A stretch of DNA of 64,000 bases, taken from Rhodospirillaceae bacterium (GTDB lineage Bacteria; Pseudomonadota; Alphaproteobacteria; GCA-2731375). The position numbers were made by a program, and so were the translations under genes. Positions 58,796 to 64,000 of this stretch are shown here, in pieces. Each line of letters starts with the position of its first letter. The first letter of the stretch is position 1. The stretch is from assembly GCA_018701215.1 (NCBI GenBank), contig JABIWH010000018.1, positions 14,861 to 78,860 of the forward strand, read 5' to 3'. The notes beneath the pieces were generated by a model. It ran no database searches. It saw only the letters and a list, made by a program, of their open reading frames with translations, and was not told where the DNA came from.

Positions 58796-60368
58796 CATTG
58801 CCCTATTGCTGGGTGGTTTGAATTCAACGGCGGCGCTGGCCAGCCAAGCCCAGCCCGAGGCAGCAGCTGCCAACGCGCCCGCGCTGTACACCAAACATTG
58901 CGCCGAATGCCACGGCGCCGATCGCCTGGGGCGGATCGGGCCGGCGTTGCTGCCACAAAACCTGCGCCGCCTGCGCCAGCCCAAGGCGGTCAAGGTCATT
59001 ACCAAGGGCCGTATCGCCACCCAGATGCCCGGCTTCGGCGAGGTTCTGAACCAAAACGAAATCGCTTCCCTGGCCAAACTGATCTACACCCCCCTCGCAA
59101 CGCGCCCCGTATGGGGCAAGGCCGAGATCGAGGCCAGCCGGGTGGTCGAGAAAGATGCTCTGAACCTGCCGAACAAGCCAGTCTTCAAGGCCGATCCCTT
59201 GAACCTGTTCGTGGTGGTGGAAACCGGCGATCATCACGCGAGTATCCTGGATGGCGACAGTTTCGAAAGACTGCACCGTTTCCCGACCCGCTTTGCCCTG
59301 CATGGCGGGCCGAAATTTTCGCCGAAAGGCCGTTTTGTCTATTTCGGCTCCCGCGATGGCTGGGTCTCCAAGTACGATCTGTATAATTTCCGCCTGGTGG
59401 CGGAGGTCCGCGCCGGCATCAATATGCGTAACATCGCCATCTCCGCCGATGGTAAATACCTGGCGGCGGCGAATTATCTGCCGCATTCCATCGTGCTGTT
59501 GGACGCCCATGATCTCTCGCTGATGAAGCTGTTGCCGGTGCTGGATTATTTCAAGAAAAAAACCTCGCGGGTTTCCGCTGTCTATCAGGCCCGCCCGCGC
59601 AATTCCTTTATCGCCGCCCTGAAGGACGTACCCGAGATCTGGGAGATCTCGACCGATCCCAACGCCCCGCCCGTGGTCACCGGCCTGGCCCATAGTAATG
59701 AGCAAGGCCATGAAGAGACCCTGACAAACGCCAACAAGGGCCTGTTCGCCCTGCGCCGGATCCTGATCAAGGAACCCTTGGACGATTTCTTCTTTGATCC
59801 GCCCTACCGCAACCTGATCGGCTCGTCACGAGACGGCAAACATGGCGTGGTGGTCAACCTGAACGTGGGCAAGGTGATCCGCAGCGTCGGCCTGCCCGGC
59901 CTGCCGCATCTCGGCTCCGGCATCACCTGGGAATGGCAGGGCCGGCCGGTGATGGCGACGCCGCATCTGCGCGGTGGCCGGGTCTCCGTGATCGACATGC
60001 AGGAATGGAAAGTCATCAAGAGTATCGAGACCAAGGGACCGGGATTTTTCATGCGCGGCCATGAGAACAGCCCCTACGCCTGGGTCGACGTATTCTTTGG
60101 CCCGAACCGGGATCTGATGCATATCATCGATACCCGCAGCCTGGAGATCATCAAGACCCTGCGGCCGGCGCCGGGCAAGACCGCCGCCCATGTGGAATTT
60201 ACCCGCGATGGTTCCCACGCCCTGGTATCGATCTGGGACATGGACGGGGCCCTGGTGGTCTATGACGCCAAGACCCTGCAGGAAGTAAAACGCATCCCCA
60301 TGGTTAAGCCGTCGGGTAAATACAATGTCTTCAACAAGATCACCCTGTCGGCGGGAACCTCCCACTAG
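58779..60368 (+). CDS. nirN: NirN (cytochrome c + cd1-like propeller; dihydro-heme d1 dehydrogenase)
   Basis: Signal peptide, heme-c site CAECHG, then a NirS/NirF-like propeller. 529 aa. Confidence 0.8.
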   Translation: MRWVYSIALLLGGLNSTAALASQAQPEAAAANAPALYTKHCAECHGADRLGRIGPALLPQNLRRLRQPKAVKVITKGRIATQMPGFGEVLNQNEIASLAKLIYTPLATRPVWGKAEIEASRVVEKDALNLPNKPVFKADPLNLFVVVETGDHHASILDGDSFERLHRFPTRFALHGGPKFSPKGRFVYFGSRDGWVSKYDLYNFRLVAEVRAGINMRNIAISADGKYLAAANYLPHSIVLLDAHDLSLMKLLPVLDYFKKKTSRVSAVYQARPRNSFIAALKDVPEIWEISTDPNAPPVVTGLAHSNEQGHEETLTNANKGLFALRRILIKEPLDDFFFDPPYRNLIGSSRDGKHGVVVNLNVGKVIRSVGLPGLPHLGSGITWEWQGRPVMATPHLRGGRVSVIDMQEWKVIKSIETKGPGFFMRGHENSPYAWVDVFFGPNRDLMHIIDTRSLEIIKTLRPAPGKTAAHVEFTRDGSHALVSIWDMDGALVVYDAKTLQEVKRIPMVKPSGKYNVFNKITLSAGTSH

Positions 60369-60382
60369 GGGCCAGGATAGGA

Positions 60383-61132
60383 ATGAATAGGAATGAGGGC
60401 GGCGGCGGCGACAGCCTGCTGATCGTGGTTGGTCATGGCACGGGCACGGCGGCGGGTGATGCCACGCTGCATGCCTTGGCGGCCAAATTGGCGGCCTCCG
60501 GTAATTTTGATCAGGTCAGGGCGGCGGTCCTGCGCGGTACGCCGGCGCTCGTTGATGTTCTAAGCCAGCTTGACGCCGGGCCAGGCGGTCAATTGCCCTG
60601 CCTGCTGCCATTCATGATGAGTGATGGCGTGACCTTCCGTCGGCGCCTGATGGAGGCCATGGCCCATATTCCAAGTCCGCATAGGCCGCTTTTATATCCC
60701 CCCCTTGGCTTGAACCCCGGTCTGGCCCAATTGATCGCCAGGCGGGGTAAAAAGGCGGCCGATGCAGCAGCCTGGGCGGCGGCGGATTGCCGTCTGCTCT
60801 TGATTGCCCATGGCTCGCTGCGGGATCCGGCCTCGGCCCAGGCCGCGCGGGCGCACCAGGAACGTATTGCCGCCCAGCATGAATTTGCCACAGTCGAGGT
60901 CGCGTTTCTCGATCAAGCACCGCATTTGGACGACGTTCTGGCCCAGACTGGCAGCCCTTTGCTTGGTGTCGGTCTATTCGCGGGCGAGGGGCGGCATGGC
61001 GCCGATGATATGAACCAGGCTTTTGCCCTGGCCGCCTGCCCAGCCCGCTATTGCGGCACCATTGGCGGTGATGACGGCTTGGCCACCCTGGCCGTCGGAC
61101 ACTTGAAATCCGCCCCCCAATCGAACCTGTAG
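60383..61132 (+). CDS. CbiX/SirB-type class II chelatase (likely sirohydrochlorin ferrochelatase for siroheme/heme-d1 supply)
   Basis: Two CbiX-like halves (LLIVVGHGTG and LLLIAHGSLRD). 249 aa. Last gene of the nir biosynthetic operon. Confidence 0.65.
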   Translation: MNRNEGGGGDSLLIVVGHGTGTAAGDATLHALAAKLAASGNFDQVRAAVLRGTPALVDVLSQLDAGPGGQLPCLLPFMMSDGVTFRRRLMEAMAHIPSPHRPLLYPPLGLNPGLAQLIARRGKKAADAAAWAAADCRLLLIAHGSLRDPASAQAARAHQERIAAQHEFATVEVAFLDQAPHLDDVLAQTGSPLLGVGLFAGEGRHGADDMNQAFALAACPARYCGTIGGDDGLATLAVGHLKSAPQSNL

Positions 61133-61167
61133 CTCGGCCTGAAGTAGCCCCGCGCATTGTCCTGATC

Positions 61168-61181
61168 TTTGACGCGGGTCA
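61168..61181. promoter_or_regulatory. Perfect NNR/DNR/FNR-type box TTGAC-GCGG-GTCAA upstream of hemerythrin-like gene
   Basis: Perfect palindrome ~55 bp upstream of the ATG at 61236. Confidence 0.5.
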
Positions 61182-61235
61182 AGGCGTCAAAGCGCACTTA
61201 AGAATAACTTTACGCTGGAAGCAGGAGGTGGCGGA

Positions 61236-61829
61236 TTGGTTAAGAATTCAAAAACTGAAAAGCCGCGCAAGCGGGAACCACTGGTCCTGGAACTGATTCC
61301 AGAGAACCTGTTGCGCGAGCCCATCGAGTATATTTTCGCCGATCACTACCGCATGCGCCAAATCATCGCCACCATGGACAGATTTCTAATCGAAGGTATC
61401 TATGCCCAAGCGCCGGTCGACGATGACGTCATCGCCGACATGGCGGTCATCGAGGCCTATCTGCGTACCGAGCTGCCGCCACACATCGCCGACGAGGAAG
61501 AAGATCTGTTCCCCTGTCTGCAGCGGCGCAGTCCAGGTGACCACGAGACAAAACAGATCCTGGCCACCTTGCATCAGGAGCACGAGGAAGACTTTGCCCT
61601 GTTGCCATCGCTTATCGCCGGCCATGAGGATTTGCTGGCCGCCAGGCCGGTGGCCGCGCGGGAGCTGTTTGAAACTTCCGTCGTCCGCTTCGTGGAAACC
61701 CAGCGGCGGCACGTTATCTGGGAGAATAATATTGTTCTGCCCCTGGCCCGGCGCCGTCTCAGCGCCGAGGACATGGAAAAAATCGGCCGCAAAATGGCGG
61801 CCCGCCGGGGCCTCGAATATCCGGCCTAG
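61236..61829 (+). CDS. Hemerythrin-like (HHE cation-binding) domain protein, probable NO/nitrosative-stress responsive
   Basis: Hemerythrin-type His/Glu ligands spaced as in HHE domains (DHYRMRQ, LPPHIADEEEDLFP, LHQEHEE, ETQRRHVIWENN). Preceded by a perfect NNR box. Confidence 0.65.
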   Translation: MVKNSKTEKPRKREPLVLELIPENLLREPIEYIFADHYRMRQIIATMDRFLIEGIYAQAPVDDDVIADMAVIEAYLRTELPPHIADEEEDLFPCLQRRSPGDHETKQILATLHQEHEEDFALLPSLIAGHEDLLAARPVAARELFETSVVRFVETQRRHVIWENNIVLPLARRRLSAEDMEKIGRKMAARRGLEYPA

Positions 61830-61868
61830 CGCTCGTTTTACGGCTGCCAAAGCTATATAATCGCAGAA

Positions 61869-63794
61869 ATGAACAAGTCTCTTCCTGAAAACAGCGTTTC
61901 CACTGGTGTAATCGGCCGGTTTTTGCGGCTGTTCGTGCCCGTCGCCGTTATCTGTGTCGGCGGGGCGATTATCCTGTTTCGTTCGGAATTGGATGCCGAC
62001 CTGACAAAAATTCGCGCCTCGGAAACCATGTCCGTGCAGCTGGGCGTCAGCTCGATTGGCCGTGTGGTGCAGGCGATCACCCGAGATGCCGCGTATCTGG
62101 CGGCCCAGGGGCGGCTGCTGGATGAGGTGTCCGGCATCGCGGCGGACGAAGACGGCTATCTTGCCGCGGACTGGCTGACCTTTTCCCGGACCAAGGGGAT
62201 CTATGATCAAATTCGCCTGCTTGATGCGACCGGCCAGGAACGTGAACGGGTAAACTATAATAATGGCTACCCGGCCAGTGTTCCGAAGGAGAAACTGCAG
62301 AACAAGGGGAAGCGTTACTATTTCACCGACACCATCAAGCTGAACCGCGGCGAGTTCTTTATTTCGCCGCTGGATCTCAACATCGAAGGCGGCAAGGTCG
62401 AGATGCCGGTGAAGCCGATGATCCGGATCGGCACCCCGGTTTTTGACCGGCAGGGACGGAAACGCGGCGTTGTCCTGTTGAACTATTTTGGCGGCAGGAT
62501 GCTCGGGGAATTTGACCGCAGCATGGGGGCGGACCATTCCAGGGCCTGGTTGCTCAATGGCCAGGGATATTGGCTGAAGGGGCCATCGGATGATCTGGAA
62601 TGGGGCTTCATGCGGCAACGGCCCAAGGCATCCATGGCGCAGCTCTACCCGGAGGCTTGGCAACGGATGCTGGCCGCGGACAAGGGGCAGTTCGAGAATG
62701 AGCAGGGCCTTTGGACCTTCGCCACCGCCGTTCCACTGATCGAGGGGCAAAAGACCTCTTCCGGCACCCACGAAGCCTTTGCACCCAGCCGATCCGAGTT
62801 GGAAAGCCGGGATTATTTCTGGAAAGCGGCGCTTTTGCTGCCCCGGGAAGCCTATCGGGCCTCCATGTGGCAGACCGGCATCAATATATTCGCGGCGACC
62901 GCCATCCTGCTCGCGGGCCTGTTTTTTGGCTGCTGGCGCCTGGCCAGTGCCTGGGTGCGCCAGGAGCGGGCCGAGGCGGAGGTGCGGCGGGTCAACCAGG
63001 GCCTGGAAGTCATGGTGGATGCGCGGACGGAGGAGCTGCGGACGAAGAACGATGAACTGGAAAGCCTGATATATGTGGTCTCGCACGACCTGCGCGCACC
63101 GCTGCTGAAATTCCAGGAATTCAGCGCCTTGTTCGAGAAATTGGTCCGCAACGTCGAGGGCCGCCTGAAGGAAGGCGAGCCATCCATCCAAGAACTGGAA
63201 ACGATCGCCGCGCAGCTTGGCGGGCAAATCCCCGCCGCGTTGCATACGATGCTTGAGAATACGGATCGGATGTACCCTCTGGTGAACGGCTTGCATCATA
63301 TTTCACGCGCCAACCGGGCCATCCTTGATATTCAGCCCCAGGATATGAACGCCATGTTGGCGAAAATTGCCGCCAAGCTGGAGGTCGAGCTAACGGATAC
63401 GGGCGGCGCGATTGAAGTCGCCCAATTGCCCCCTTGCATGGGCGATACGGCGCATTTGGAGATGGTTTTCACCAATCTGCTTGGCAACGCCATTAAGTAC
63501 CGCCATCCCGACCGCCCCCCCGCCGTGCGGGTGTCGGGCGAAGTGAAGGATGGCCGCGCGGTCTATGAGATTTCGGACAACGGTGCCGGATTTGCCGCCG
63601 AACATTGCCAGCATGTTTGGGATCTATTCTATCGCCGGGTTCTGATGGGCGAGACGGAAGGCCAAGGTCTCGATTTGACCCTGGTCCGGCGCATCATCGA
63701 GCGCCATCACGGACGGATATCCCTGGAATCCGAAGAAGGCGCCGGCAGCCGGTTTATTGTCGCCCTGCCACCGGCGGTAAAATCTACAGAATAA
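61869..63794 (+). CDS. Sensor histidine kinase with periplasmic Cache-like sensor domain
   Basis: TM1 ([17 protein letters not shown]), ~270-aa periplasmic domain, TM2 ([17 protein letters not shown]), coiled coil, HisKA H-box VSHDLRAPL, and HATPase N/G boxes (GNAIKY, DNGAGF, GQGLDL). Confidence 0.8.
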   Translation: MNKSLPENSVSTGVIGRFLRLFVPVAVICVGGAIILFRSELDADLTKIRASETMSVQLGVSSIGRVVQAITRDAAYLAAQGRLLDEVSGIAADEDGYLAADWLTFSRTKGIYDQIRLLDATGQERERVNYNNGYPASVPKEKLQNKGKRYYFTDTIKLNRGEFFISPLDLNIEGGKVEMPVKPMIRIGTPVFDRQGRKRGVVLLNYFGGRMLGEFDRSMGADHSRAWLLNGQGYWLKGPSDDLEWGFMRQRPKASMAQLYPEAWQRMLAADKGQFENEQGLWTFATAVPLIEGQKTSSGTHEAFAPSRSELESRDYFWKAALLLPREAYRASMWQTGINIFAATAILLAGLFFGCWRLASAWVRQERAEAEVRRVNQGLEVMVDARTEELRTKNDELESLIYVVSHDLRAPLLKFQEFSALFEKLVRNVEGRLKEGEPSIQELETIAAQLGGQIPAALHTMLENTDRMYPLVNGLHHISRANRAILDIQPQDMNAMLAKIAAKLEVELTDTGGAIEVAQLPPCMGDTAHLEMVFTNLLGNAIKYRHPDRPPAVRVSGEVKDGRAVYEISDNGAGFAAEHCQHVWDLFYRRVLMGETEGQGLDLTLVRRIIERHHGRISLESEEGAGSRFIVALPPAVKSTE

Positions 63795-64000
63795 ACTTCG
63801 AAAGATCGGCGTTTTTGGCCAAATCGCCCATGTTGTCGCGCACGTATGCGGCATCGATTGTCACGGTTTCGCCGGGCCGGTCGGTGGCGGTGAAGCTGAT
63901 TTCGTCCAGCACCCGTTCCAAAATCGTGTGCAGGCGCCTGGCGCCGATATTCTCCACATTCTGGTTGACCTCGGCCGCGACGGCGGCGATTTCATCGATG
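63784..64000 (-). CDS. hslU: ATP-dependent protease ATPase subunit HslU, C-terminal end (gene continues beyond window)
   Basis: Minus-strand translation ...[71 protein letters not shown] matches the conserved HslU C-terminus (…DLSRFIL). The stop overlaps the kinase 3' end (convergent). Confidence 0.8.
   Translation of the reverse strand, partial: IDEIAAVAAEVNQNVENIGARRLHTILERVLDEISFTATDRPGETVTIDAAYVRDNMGDLAKNADLSKFIL

Overview
This is a GC-rich (~64%) chromosomal segment from a denitrifying alphaproteobacterium whose gene order matches the Paracoccus-type nirIX-nirSECFDLGHJN locus. I found no rRNA, tRNA, CRISPR array, transposase or integrase in the window.

Left to right, the window contains:
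- **Catabolic cluster (1-11.3 kb):** a flavin monooxygenase, a HisD-like dehydrogenase, a 3-hydroxyacyl-CoA-dehydrogenase-like protein, an SDR, an alpha/beta hydrolase, a GST, an amidase and a single-polypeptide BC-BCCP-CT acyl-CoA carboxylase. A tandem-GNAT protein follows.
- **Cobalamin region (12.5-28.8 kb):** two biosynthesis operons. One is cobM, cbiG-cobJ (fused), cobI, cobL, cobH and a long-form cbiX. The other is cobD, divergent from cobQ-cobO-cobN-cobW. A cobalamin riboswitch lies on the minus strand upstream of cobW. Divergent from it is a NiCoT/NicO-type Co/Ni transporter followed by cobC.
- **ABC transporter (28.8-34.5 kb):** a Dpp/Opp/Nik-type operon.
- **ccdA-thioredoxin pair (34.6-35.8 kb):** both genes carry one in-frame TGA each. 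In the thioredoxin-like gene the TGA sits exactly at the first Cys position of the W-C-x-x-C redox motif, making it a candidate selenoprotein.
- **HEPN islet (37.8-39.1 kb):** a low-GC single gene with an Rx4H HEPN motif, a candidate defence or toxin gene.
- **P460 cytochrome (42.8-44.0 kb):** a secreted cytochrome P460-like protein carrying an unusual N-terminal module of about 17 C-N-P-C repeats, encoded by a 36-bp-periodic DNA tandem repeat.
- **Denitrification locus (47.8-61.8 kb):** the complete nirX-nirI / nirS-nirE-nirC-nirF-nirD-nirL-nirG-nirH-nirJ-nirN cd1-nitrite-reductase and heme-d1 biosynthesis locus. It carries NNR/FNR-type boxes, a CbiX-like chelatase and a hemerythrin-like gene.
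- **Right end (61.9-64.0 kb):** a sensor histidine kinase and the 3' end of hslU.
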